From Candidatus Parcubacteria bacterium (GTDB taxonomy: Bacteria; Patescibacteriota; Patescibacteriia; Magasanikbacterales; UBA922): a stretch of DNA of 48,440 bases. This document shows, in pieces, positions 18,866-28,259 of this stretch. The stretch covers positions 1 through 48,440 of the forward strand of contig PKTJ01000023.1 in the NCBI GenBank assembly GCA_002869205.1. The letters are read 5' to 3'. The notes under the pieces were generated by a model. It was not told where the DNA came from and made no database searches. It worked only from the letters and a program-made list of their open reading frames with translations. The stretch's first letter is position 1. Every line of letters starts with the position of its first letter. The translations under genes and the position numbers were made by a program.

Positions 18866-18928
18866 TCCTAACCCCTCTCCGTATAGGAAGATCCTATTAT
18901 ATAGATTATTATATATATCGTCAAACAT

Positions 18929-19693
18929 ATGTTACAAAAGAAAATAGCAAAACATCTTAAACAGCTTGGGCAAAAAAAGTTTCGCAAAGAATTCGAAGAG
19001 TTTGTCGTAGAAGGAATAAAAGGTGTGGGAGAAGCACTCAAGTCTGATGCAGAGGTGGTATTACTTGTGGTAGAAGGAAATAGGAGAGACGAAGATGAGA
19101 TTGCAAAACTTATTGTATTGGCGCAGCAAGATAATATTCCGGTAGAGTTTTGTGGACGAAAAGATGTGGATGAAATTAAGACAACGGATACGTTTCCTGG
19201 TGTGTTGGCTGTTGTAGGTCAAGAAGAAAATGATTTGGAAGATATTGTGGATGCTCCGATCATTTGTTTACATGAAGTAAAAGATCCGGGAAATCTGGGA
19301 ACAATTATAAGAACTGCAGATTGGTTTGGTATAAAAAATATTTTACTCAGTGAAGAGTGTGTAGATGTGTACAATCCAAAAGTGTTCAGAAGTACGATGG
19401 GTTCTCTATTTCACACAACTATTTTTCGTTCCGGAAACATTTCAAAGACGCTTGAAAGACTAAAAGAAGAATTTGACTATGAAGTGAATGCTCTTGATAT
19501 GGATGGTAATGATGTTAGTAAATTAAAATCAAAAAATAATGCAGTATATCTATTTGGAAGTGAATCTCACGGTGTTTCAGACACCCTTGAAGAGCTCATA
19601 GATAATCGCTATACTATATCTGGTAAAGGAGACGCAGAATCACTTAATTTGGCTATTTCTGCAGGGATTGTTCTTTATAAACTGTCATCCTGA
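18929..19693 (+). CDS. TrmH/SpoU family RNA methyltransferase
   Basis: DPGNLGTIIRTA, FGSESHG, ESLNLA SPOUT motifs. Confidence 0.92.
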   Translation: MLQKKIAKHLKQLGQKKFRKEFEEFVVEGIKGVGEALKSDAEVVLLVVEGNRRDEDEIAKLIVLAQQDNIPVEFCGRKDVDEIKTTDTFPGVLAVVGQEENDLEDIVDAPIICLHEVKDPGNLGTIIRTADWFGIKNILLSEECVDVYNPKVFRSTMGSLFHTTIFRSGNISKTLERLKEEFDYEVNALDMDGNDVSKLKSKNNAVYLFGSESHGVSDTLEELIDNRYTISGKGDAESLNLAISAGIVLYKLSS

Positions 19694-20137
19694 CCCTGAG
19701 CGACCAGAGGGAGTCGAATGGGGAAGGATCTCTCTTAAAAGGTGTGGGGCTAACACACCAAAATATGGTTAGACAACATAACTACTATGTATACATAATG
19801 GCAAGCGTCAGTAAAGTATTATATGTAGGCGTTACAAATGACTTAGTACGTAGAGCGATGCAACATAAATCTGGATTATTTGAAGGATTTACTAAAAAAT
19901 ATAATTGTAAACGATTAGTATATTACGAACATTTTACAGACATAAGAAAAGCTATAAAAAGAGAAAAAGAATTAAAAGGTTGGAAACGGTATAAAAAAGT
20001 TGAGCTTATTGAAGAAATTAATGTTGAATGGTCTGATCATTATCAGACCATAATAACGTTCTCTAGAATAAAACCAAGATAAATTATTTAAACATGAACG
20101 AGGTAAGAGAGATTCTTCACTGCGTTCAGAATGACAG
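19682..20137 (+). mobile_element. GIY-YIG element 2 with terminal inverted repeats
   Basis: CTGTCATCCTGA...GAAGGATCTCTCTTA (19682-19737) versus TAAGAGAGATTCTTC...TCAGAATGACAG (20104-20137): 11/12 outer and 14/15 inner complementarity. Confidence 0.75.
19765..20082 (+). CDS. GIY-YIG nuclease family protein (intact)
   Basis: YYVYIM...LYVGVTNDLVRR..QH, FTKKY, AI.REK.LK.W.R..K..LI motifs. Confidence 0.9.
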   Translation: MVRQHNYYVYIMASVSKVLYVGVTNDLVRRAMQHKSGLFEGFTKKYNCKRLVYYEHFTDIRKAIKREKELKGWKRYKKVELIEEINVEWSDHYQTIITFSRIKPR

Positions 20138-20141
20138 GATT

Positions 20142-21605
20142 ATGATAAAAACTAGATTTGCACCATCACCAACAGGATTTCTCCACGTAGGAGGATTGCG
20201 AAGTGCGCTTTATGCTTATTTATTTGCCAAGAAAAATGGCGGAACTTTTTTGCTTCGCATAGAAGATACTGATCGTGAAAGATTTGTAGAAGGTGCCGTA
20301 GAAAATATGGTAAGTGCGCTGCATTGGGCTGGGATTGCGATTGATGAGGGTGTGGATATGGATGAAGGCGACAAAGTGTTTCAAAAGGGTGATAATGGTC
20401 CGTATATGCAATCAGAACGTCTTGAAATTTATAAAAAGTATGTTGATCAACTTGTAGACCAGGGCGATGCGTATTATTGTTTTTGTAGTAAAGAACGTCT
20501 CACAGAAGTCCGTGAATACCAACAACTGAATAAATTGCCAACAGGGTATGATGGTCATTGTCGTGATCTAGATCTTTCAGAGGCAAAAAAACGCGTTGAA
20601 GCGGGAGAAGGTTGTATTGTGCGCATGAAAATGCCAAAGGAAGGAGTAACTACAATTGAAGATATGGTTCGTGGTAAGGTTGAATTTCAAAACAAACTTA
20701 TTGATGATCAAGTAATTCTGAAGGCTGATGGATTTCCAACATATCATATGGCAGTAGTTGTAGATGATCATGAAATGGGAATTACGCATGTAATCCGTGG
20801 AGAGGAGTGGCTTCCGTCAACACCAAAGCATGTTGCGCTTTATAATATGCTTGGATGGGAATTGCCGCAGTTTGCTCATCTGTCCATGTTGGTGAATGAA
20901 CAAAAACAAAAATTGAGCAAACGTCACGGAGATGTGTCAGTAGAAGATTTCAAAGAAAAAGGATATCTACCAGAAGCAATGGTAAATTTTATTGCATTTC
21001 TTGGTTGGAATCCAGGCGGTGATCGAGAATTATTTACCTTGTCGGAACTTGAAAAAGAATTTGATTTTGCAAAAGTTCACAAACCAGCTGCGGTTTTTAA
21101 TCGTGAAAAATTGGACTGGTATAATAAACATTATATTGCGAACTTGGATACAACAGAGCTTGTGGAAAGATGTAAGTCTTTTTTTACAAACCAAGGATTG
21201 GAATATGAGGCATGGAACATGGAACAGATTGTGAAGCTGGAGCAGGGGAGAGCAAATACATTACTTGAGCTTGTGGACAATGTAAGTTTTGTATTTGCAG
21301 AAAATTTAGAATATGATCCAGAATTAATTGTTTGGAAAAAATCTACACGTGAAGATGCAAAAGAAAAATTAACTCTTCTTTCAGAATTTTTAGAAAGCCT
21401 AGAAGGGGAGTGGTCTACAGGATTGCTTGAAGAAAAGGTTTTGCCTTGGATAAAGGACCAAGGATTTGGTAATGGTGATGTGTTATGGCCTACGCGTGTT
21501 GCACTTAGCGGTCAGAAGAATTCTTCTGGTCCATTTGAAATTGCAGGAGTGCTTGGACAAGAAAAAACACTATCTCGAATTAAAAAAGCTATCGAACTTC
21601 TTTAG
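20142..21605 (+). CDS. gltX: Glutamate--tRNA ligase
   Basis: RFAPSPTGFLHVGG, LRIEDTD, KLSKR; start at MIKTRF because the upstream extension is translated inverted repeat. Confidence 0.96.
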   Translation: MIKTRFAPSPTGFLHVGGLRSALYAYLFAKKNGGTFLLRIEDTDRERFVEGAVENMVSALHWAGIAIDEGVDMDEGDKVFQKGDNGPYMQSERLEIYKKYVDQLVDQGDAYYCFCSKERLTEVREYQQLNKLPTGYDGHCRDLDLSEAKKRVEAGEGCIVRMKMPKEGVTTIEDMVRGKVEFQNKLIDDQVILKADGFPTYHMAVVVDDHEMGITHVIRGEEWLPSTPKHVALYNMLGWELPQFAHLSMLVNEQKQKLSKRHGDVSVEDFKEKGYLPEAMVNFIAFLGWNPGGDRELFTLSELEKEFDFAKVHKPAAVFNREKLDWYNKHYIANLDTTELVERCKSFFTNQGLEYEAWNMEQIVKLEQGRANTLLELVDNVSFVFAENLEYDPELIVWKKSTREDAKEKLTLLSEFLESLEGEWSTGLLEEKVLPWIKDQGFGNGDVLWPTRVALSGQKNSSGPFEIAGVLGQEKTLSRIKKAIELL

Positions 21606-21624
21606 CTTGTGGTATACTAAAACC

Positions 21625-22866
21625 ATGAAAAAGAAGATTTACCTCCTTACTATCTTATGTATTTCAATGGGATTGTTCACACAACCCTTTTTTGGGTTTG
21701 CTGAGGACCAGGGTGGGAATAAAGAAGAAATAGATGTCTTGAATAATAAAATTTCTGAAAAAAGAGAAAAAATAAAACAACTTGAAGAGAGTATAAACCA
21801 GTATAAGAAGAAAATAGAGGTTAAACGTGGTGAAGCTGTGTCTCTTTCAAATCAACTTGCAATACTTGATAATTATTTGGCTCAAATTGAACTTGATATT
21901 GAGATGACAGAAGAAAAGCTAGAAACACTCACTCTGGAGATCGAAGGATTGTCACTTTCTATTGAAGAAAAAGAAGGGGTAATCGATCGTCAGGCTGAGA
22001 TATTGGCAGAACTTATCCGGGTTATTTATTATGAAAATAATAAGAAGTATATAGAAGTGGTGGCAGCGTATGATAGTTTTTCTGATTTTTATAATCGTGT
22101 TCACTATGTGAAAAGTTTGGAACGCGATCTGGGTAAGAGTGCGAAGACAGTTCGACTTGCCAAAGAAGAATTGGAAAGAAAAAAAACACAAACAGAGGAG
22201 CGTCAAAAAAGTTATGAAGACTTGAAGGAAAAGCTCGATAATCGCAAGGAAGATTACGGAGAACAGGCTGATTACAAAGAAAATCTACTTTTCCAAACCC
22301 ATTCATCAGAAATGCAATACAAAACACTTCTTGCAAACTTGCGTGGACAGTATAGTGCTATAGAAAATGAAATTACGAGTATTGAGCAAGAGGTTCGTCG
22401 TAAATTGGCAGATCAAGATAAATTTTCTGGAGTGGTGGATACCACACAGCTTTCCTGGCCTTCTCAAAGTAGATATGTGACTGCATACTTTTATGACAAG
22501 AACTATCCATATAAACATATTTTTGAACACAATGCGATAGATATTCGTGCAGCACACGGAACACCTATCAAAGCTGCGGCGTCAGGATATATTGCACGTG
22601 CACGTACCTGTTCTACGGCAAGTTGTTATGCATATGTTATGATTGTTCATTCAGGTGGACTATCTACCGTATATGGTCATTTGAGCCAGATACATGTGAG
22701 TGCAGATCAGTTTGTGACACGCGGAGATGTTATTGGTTATTCTGGTGGAACTCCTGGAACAGTTGGAGCTGGTCCATTTACGACCGGCCCTCATCTTCAC
22801 TTCGAGGTGCGTAAGAATGGTATTCCAGTTAATCCACTTAGTTATTTAGTTAGAGATTGGGAATAG
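21625..22866 (+). CDS. Secreted coiled-coil M23 peptidase (EnvC/CwlO-like architecture)
   Basis: Signal peptide, long coiled coil, HNAID, YGHLS, TGPHLHFE; TGGTATACT ends 6 nt before the ATG, suggesting a leaderless mRNA. Confidence 0.9.
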   Translation: MKKKIYLLTILCISMGLFTQPFFGFAEDQGGNKEEIDVLNNKISEKREKIKQLEESINQYKKKIEVKRGEAVSLSNQLAILDNYLAQIELDIEMTEEKLETLTLEIEGLSLSIEEKEGVIDRQAEILAELIRVIYYENNKKYIEVVAAYDSFSDFYNRVHYVKSLERDLGKSAKTVRLAKEELERKKTQTEERQKSYEDLKEKLDNRKEDYGEQADYKENLLFQTHSSEMQYKTLLANLRGQYSAIENEITSIEQEVRRKLADQDKFSGVVDTTQLSWPSQSRYVTAYFYDKNYPYKHIFEHNAIDIRAAHGTPIKAAASGYIARARTCSTASCYAYVMIVHSGGLSTVYGHLSQIHVSADQFVTRGDVIGYSGGTPGTVGAGPFTTGPHLHFEVRKNGIPVNPLSYLVRDWE

Positions 22867-22868
22867 AT

Positions 22869-23384
22869 ATGAAACATTTTTCGAACAACATAATTTTTTT
22901 CGACACTGAATTTACTCACCTTGATATTAACAAAGGTGAGCTTTTGTCTATTGGTCTTGTTAAACAGAGTGGGGAAGAGCTCTACCTCGAGCTTGAGTAT
23001 GAAGGAAAAGAAATTCATCCATGGGTAGAAGATCACGTGTTGCCATTTTTGACCGGAGAACAAATGAAAAAAGAAGATGTGCGGATGAAGCTCTGGGAGT
23101 TTATTGGGGATGACAAACCGTATCTCATGGCATATGTAAATCAGTTTGATGCGATGTATTGGTACAGACTTTTTGCTGACCCAAAGGATCATCCAGCATT
23201 TTGGATTCCTATTGATTTCGCATCAATATTATTTGGTCAGGGCCGTGACCCAGAGGAGATGAGAAAGGATAGCTTTTTTGAGGAGCTCGGGATTGATAGA
23301 TCAAAATATAAACATCACAACGCACTTGAAGACGCAAAGATGCTCAGAGATGTGTACAATGAATTTATAAAGATGACGAAATAG
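22869..23384 (+). CDS. DEDDh 3'-5' exo(ribo)nuclease
   Basis: FFDTEF, FD, HNALEDA motifs. Confidence 0.85.
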   Translation: MKHFSNNIIFFDTEFTHLDINKGELLSIGLVKQSGEELYLELEYEGKEIHPWVEDHVLPFLTGEQMKKEDVRMKLWEFIGDDKPYLMAYVNQFDAMYWYRLFADPKDHPAFWIPIDFASILFGQGRDPEEMRKDSFFEELGIDRSKYKHHNALEDAKMLRDVYNEFIKMTK

Positions 23385-23917
23385 CTTGTGTCGCACAATA
23401 TTAGGACAGGGGATTGAGATGAGGAGAGGAGGGGTAATTGAAGTGTCAATTTTAGTGATAAGATATTACAATACATTTTTAAATTTAAAATTAAAAGTTT
23501 GGAATTGTCATGTATTTACTGAAAATATAATTTGAATTTAAAAATATAAAAATTTCAATATTCATATCGTAAATTGTCAAAATTAATGATATAGATTGAG
23601 AAGGTAGTGATAAAGATACTAAAAAATAACAACCAGCATAGTGCTGGTTTTTTCGTAGCGAATTTCTTATAAAAAAGATGGTATAGTATACCCCCTAGTT
23701 TTGAACGGCTATTTTGTAGTGTCGCAAAATGTGTAGATAGGGGAGGAGAATCATGAAAAGAGAGATAGTAATATATATACATATTTGTGTTAAAACTAGT
23801 GAGTATGTAAGAGGATATTATATATAATATATTTTAAAAATGTTTTTCAAAATAAAAAAATCTATATGGTTAATAGAATTATAGATTTATTAGATAATAG
23901 ATAGAATGCTCTCTATA

Positions 23918-23945
23918 GTGTCGTATAAGATATATTGTGCGACAC
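23918..23945. other. dif-like chromosome dimer resolution site (putative terminus)
   Basis: GTGTCGTATAA-GATATA-TTGTGCGACAC, 11-6-11 layout, at the point where gene orientation converges. Confidence 0.7.
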
Positions 23946-23982
23946 TTCTACTCTCTTATAATATCACCCTTATTACTCTTCC

Positions 23983-25008
23983 CTATTGAAAATAGACTCT
24001 TCCTTCATAACGCAAGTCTACATAGTTTACGTGTGGACGTGTAACTTTTTCATTCAAAATTGTTTTGAGCTTTTCAATTTGAGAAGTGGGGTTGTTTGCA
24101 ACATGCGTCTTTATAACCCATCCTTCATAGGTTGCCACTACCAAGTCCCCTACTTCTCCGTCTATCACAAAATATTTGAGTGGTATGTCTGTTGTCTTGG
24201 TCAAAATATTAAACCATTCTATGATTGATTGAACCTCTTCATTGTTTAAGACCTGTTCGTTGATATCAACACTTTTTTCTCGTGTATCATATACGATTGG
24301 ATAATCACCAAGTTCATGAATAAGTGACTTGGTGTCAGGGACGTGTCTTCTTTCAATAATTTCCTCGTGAGTTTCTGTTTCACCTTGTTCGTTGGTGCTT
24401 GTGGTGGTTTCAGTTTTTACCTGCCACTCATACTCCCCTACATTCCTCATTTTTTCTACGACATTACCCTCAAGTCCGATATAACTATATTCTTTTCCAT
24501 TATCATAAATAAGTGTAGAAATTTTTTCTTCTATAATTACTGAAAGTTTATTTGGAAATGTTTTTTGTACAATGACTGAACGTATCGGAAAGCGTTCTTT
24601 TAATATATCACGTATTTCATCTATATCTGTAAGAAAATAACTTTTTCGTGGAAATATATTAAATGTTTTGTATGAAGATATGCCGTCTAGTGTGCTTCTT
24701 ATTTCAGTCTCACTTATTCTTTGTAGTCCTGTGATAGATATATCAGTCATGTGGAAAAAAGAACTGTATATACATGTTACAAATATAATAATAGTGCTTA
24801 TAACAAGTATGCTTATTTTGATAATAAAGCTCCAGTCACGATTCTTTTTTCTCGTACAATATGGATTTGTGGCTCGTCCTTGCCATGAAAAATCTTTTTT
24901 TCTTTTCTTTTTTGATCCAAAAATATCTGACAAAAAACTATGAGAACGTTTGAATTTGCGTCCCACTTGTTTTTTTATCTTATGATGATTGACGATTCTC
25001 CTTCTCAT
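23983..25008 (-). CDS. ftsQ: FtsQ/DivIB-like POTRA domain cell division protein
   Basis: Basic cytoplasmic tail, single TM helix, I.ITGLQRI, V.KTFPNKL.V.I.E, terminal YVDLRY.GRVY. Confidence 0.75.
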   Translation of the reverse strand: MRRRIVNHHKIKKQVGRKFKRSHSFLSDIFGSKKKRKKDFSWQGRATNPYCTRKKNRDWSFIIKISILVISTIIIFVTCIYSSFFHMTDISITGLQRISETEIRSTLDGISSYKTFNIFPRKSYFLTDIDEIRDILKERFPIRSVIVQKTFPNKLSVIIEEKISTLIYDNGKEYSYIGLEGNVVEKMRNVGEYEWQVKTETTTSTNEQGETETHEEIIERRHVPDTKSLIHELGDYPIVYDTREKSVDINEQVLNNEEVQSIIEWFNILTKTTDIPLKYFVIDGEVGDLVVATYEGWVIKTHVANNPTSQIEKLKTILNEKVTRPHVNYVDLRYEGRVYFQ

Positions 25009-25016
25009 GTGTCTTA

Positions 25017-26039
25017 TTAAAAACCACGTTTTATACGACGTAATGTTTCAATACTCCAATTGATCCAGTATTTCCACGAGACGATGTAGTCATGAGCATG
25101 TAATACATCTTTGCTAAAGCCACCAAAACCTTTTTTGAAGTGTGTTATACCAAAGAAAGGGTGTTTTCTGTCAGCTCCGTCTGGTGCAATACCCCAGAAA
25201 TTATAATATTGCAATCCTCTTTTCTTTGCATCTTGAATAACATTCCATTGTATGAGGTATGATGAAGGTAGTTTCTTGTTTATATTTAATGAAGCGCTGT
25301 GTCGATATGCCGCCATCTTGCCATAAAAATATATCACTGCTGACGCATCAAGTGTGCCATCTGGTAAGTACGCATTATATACACACACTTCCCCGTCATG
25401 TTCAAACGGTTTGAATTCCTCTTCTATATATTTTTTTGGAAAACGATGAAAGTTATGTTTTTTTGCTGTGTGATCGAGCAACTCATTGAGTTTGTCCAAA
25501 TCTTTTATATTGGTTTTCTTTTCTATACGAATCCCCTCTCTGTCACAGCGACGTATAAGATTTCGATGATTTTTGTTCATTGCACTGAGTAGTTCATCTT
25601 CACTTGGTGTGAGATCGAGGAGCCATGTGTTTTCTGCTAGAGCGTGAATAGGTGCTTTTCTATATCCTACATCAGTATATAATTTGATGTGTTCTTCGGT
25701 CGCATCTGTAAAAGGGCTTACACGTATAAAGGAATAGTTTTCTTTTTTTGCAAATTTTGCAATATGCTTGGTGAGCATATTCAAGACATTCTCTTTATCT
25801 TTGGTAATGATAGGGCCGTATGGAAGATATAGGTAGTCGCCTCGTCGTGCATGTGTAGACAGTACCAGCGCTCCTGCAATCAATACATCTTGTTCATATA
25901 CCCCAAATACCCAAAAATTTTCATCGAGATTTTTATAAAATTCTCCATACTTCCAACTTTGGTTCATGAGTGTGAACTGTTGTTTTTTTACAAATGTTTC
26001 CCACTCTTGTTTTTGTGTAATTTGTTTTATGGTATACAT
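25017..26039 (-). CDS. FemABX family peptidoglycan bridge aminoacyltransferase
   Basis: QSW.YG, YLPYGP, LIQW..I..AK, YNFWG, FKKGFGG. Confidence 0.88.
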   Translation of the reverse strand: MYTIKQITQKQEWETFVKKQQFTLMNQSWKYGEFYKNLDENFWVFGVYEQDVLIAGALVLSTHARRGDYLYLPYGPIITKDKENVLNMLTKHIAKFAKKENYSFIRVSPFTDATEEHIKLYTDVGYRKAPIHALAENTWLLDLTPSEDELLSAMNKNHRNLIRRCDREGIRIEKKTNIKDLDKLNELLDHTAKKHNFHRFPKKYIEEEFKPFEHDGEVCVYNAYLPDGTLDASAVIYFYGKMAAYRHSASLNINKKLPSSYLIQWNVIQDAKKRGLQYYNFWGIAPDGADRKHPFFGITHFKKGFGGFSKDVLHAHDYIVSWKYWINWSIETLRRIKRGF

Positions 26040-26047
26040 AACTGATA

Positions 26048-27040
26048 TTAGGACAGTGGGTGACCAGCCTTGGCTCTCCCCTTTCTTAATTTTTGTATGA
26101 GTTTGAATAGTGTGTATTTTGGTGAATGCAAAATAATTTCTTGTGCATCTGGATATGATTTTAATTCACCATTAAATCCAGCCTTGAATCGCGCTACTCC
26201 TGTGAGATTGTGATCAGCTTCCCAACAATAATTGTGGTAACAACTTTCTTTGCCACTTCCCTGTTTTGACGGCGGAGCCATTCCCCAGAAATCATATATC
26301 TCACAACCAAGTTCTTTTCCTAATTGTATTGCTTTCCATTGTAATAGATATGGTGCCATTAAGTTTCTATATTCATTTGCAGAGGCTCCGATAAAATAAT
26401 ATAGATTATTTCTGTGTTTAAACAATATGACACACGCGACAGGTTTTTCTTCAAAATACGCATTAATCTGATAGGTGTTTGGGAGTTCGAGTAATTTTTT
26501 ACAATAACTTTTTGGGTGACTTTGGTATCTATTACGCTCTGTGGTGGTCATGTTTAGATCCCAAAAGAGGTCCAGGTCTTTCTTATTATCCACAGTAACA
26601 CCTTTTCGATCTGCCAGACGAATATTATATCGTGTTTTTGAGTGCATTGCAGTGAGCAACTCGTCTTTCGTTTTCTTTATATCCAGTCTCCATGTGTTAC
26701 GTACTTGAATATTTTCAAATGGTTTTATTTTGTATTTTTGAGTATTAGTTTTTTTTAATAGTTCTGCTCGTACAAATGAAATTTTTTGAGTTTTGAAATA
26801 ATGTAATACATGTTCTAGTTCTGACTTTGAGATATCAGCCCATGGGATATATACATATGAAATTCCTAGAGGCAAGGTCGTAAGTATATATTGTATTTGT
26901 GTTGCACTATCCCCTTCTCCTATTTGAATTCGTTTGATGTTACGCCCCACTGTTTTCAAAAATTCACCGTATTCCCAAGACTGAAGAAATTCCGGACTGT
27001 CTTTCCATTCATTTTTATTTGTAATTTCTCTAATGTTCAT
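26048..27040 (-). CDS. FemABX family peptidoglycan bridge aminoacyltransferase
   Basis: FLQSWEYG, KTRYNIRLA, PYLLQW, YDFWG, FKAGF. Confidence 0.88.
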   Translation of the reverse strand: MNIREITNKNEWKDSPEFLQSWEYGEFLKTVGRNIKRIQIGEGDSATQIQYILTTLPLGISYVYIPWADISKSELEHVLHYFKTQKISFVRAELLKKTNTQKYKIKPFENIQVRNTWRLDIKKTKDELLTAMHSKTRYNIRLADRKGVTVDNKKDLDLFWDLNMTTTERNRYQSHPKSYCKKLLELPNTYQINAYFEEKPVACVILFKHRNNLYYFIGASANEYRNLMAPYLLQWKAIQLGKELGCEIYDFWGMAPPSKQGSGKESCYHNYCWEADHNLTGVARFKAGFNGELKSYPDAQEIILHSPKYTLFKLIQKLRKGRAKAGHPLS

Positions 27041-28259
27041 AGCTATTCACAAAGTCTATGATTTTTTGCGCTTGCTTTATATCAATGTGGCGATTTGTTG
27101 GTAAATTGACTGACTGTGCAGATAATTTTTCAGCATTTGGACACGTTCCTTTTATATAGCCACTCATTTCTATATTACAATCTCCTGGAGCTACAACTGC
27201 ATTGTACCAATTTCCAAGCATGATGCCATGTTTCTTTGCCTGTATGATCATGTGAATTGGATTTTCTACTGAGAGTGGGTATCGCAGGTAAATTGAATCA
27301 GAACTTTTTTCTGGAAGTGTTATTAGTTTGTTTGTAATTTTTTCGTCGTAGAGTTTGGCAATTTTTTGCCGGTGTTTATTTGTGTTTTCCATTTCCTCTA
27401 ACTGTCCACGTAGTATAGATGCAAATGAGTTGGCAAATTGTGATGGATAAAAAGAAATCTGTTCACCTCTCTTCTCTGCGTCATACATGATTCTGCCCAA
27501 AATATTCAGCTTCTTTAATACACCAAGAAAATGTCTCCCTCCTACTCTGTAGAGTGGCTTACCAATGGCAAATGCTGGAAATGCAATTAAATATTGAATT
27601 GTTTTTACTACGCGAGGTGTGGGTAAATCGTGTTGTATCTTCTCAATCTTCTTACCTGTATTTTCGTCAGATGTTATGAGTGCGCCGCCACGCATGGCTG
27701 ACACAACTTTGTCAGTACCAAAACTAAACATACCAATATCTCCATGCGTTCCTACGAGTTTTTCTTTGTGTTTCGCACCAAGTGAGTGTGCACAGTCTTC
27801 TATAACTTTTAGATTATGTTTTTTTGCAATCGCTAATAGTGCTTCTAGATCTGCAGGCTTTCCAAATGTGTGTTGAATAATAAGTACTTTTGTTTTTTCA
27901 GTTATCTTTTTTTCTAAATCGCGTGGATTCATGTTTAGATCATCTTTCACATCAATATATACAGGAGTTCCTCCTGCCCATTTGATAGCATTACTCACCA
28001 CCATGCATGTGTATGCTTGCACAAGCACCTCGTCACCTTCTTTTACACCCAAGACTTCTAACCCTTTTTGTAGAGCTGTTCTACCACTATCAAAGGTGGA
28101 TACATGTGATACGTTGAAATATGTTCTAAGCCACTCCTCTACTCTTTTATTTTCTTTTCCTTTTCGTAAACAAAACCATTTCCATGGTAATAATAAAAAT
28201 GCAAGACTTTTGAATAGGTCTTTTGTTGTGGCGTTGGGAAGAAATCCAGTGAATATCAT
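27030..28259 (-). CDS. DegT/DnrJ/EryC1/StrS PLP-dependent aminotransferase
   Basis: SGRTAL, GDEV, HTFG, IEDCAHSLG, FSFGTDK, GGAL. Confidence 0.88.
   Translation of the reverse strand: MIFTGFLPNATTKDLFKSLAFLLLPWKWFCLRKGKENKRVEEWLRTYFNVSHVSTFDSGRTALQKGLEVLGVKEGDEVLVQAYTCMVVSNAIKWAGGTPVYIDVKDDLNMNPRDLEKKITEKTKVLIIQHTFGKPADLEALLAIAKKHNLKVIEDCAHSLGAKHKEKLVGTHGDIGMFSFGTDKVVSAMRGGALITSDENTGKKIEKIQHDLPTPRVVKTIQYLIAFPAFAIGKPLYRVGGRHFLGVLKKLNILGRIMYDAEKRGEQISFYPSQFANSFASILRGQLEEMENTNKHRQKIAKLYDEKITNKLITLPEKSSDSIYLRYPLSVENPIHMIIQAKKHGIMLGNWYNAVVAPGDCNIEMSGYIKGTCPNAEKLSAQSVNLPTNRHIDIKQAQKIIDFVNSYEH

Noticed and set aside
20094..20141. N-terminal extension of GltX
   Set aside because: Translated inverted-repeat arm; family homology begins at MIKTRFAPSP
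23555..23782. 75-aa minus-strand ORF in the terminus gap
   Set aside because: Low-complexity AT-driven composition, spans a hairpin, no recognisable motif
23385..23982. AT-rich gap considered as oriC
   Set aside because: Genes converge rather than diverge here, I see no DnaA-box cluster, and a dif-like site is present
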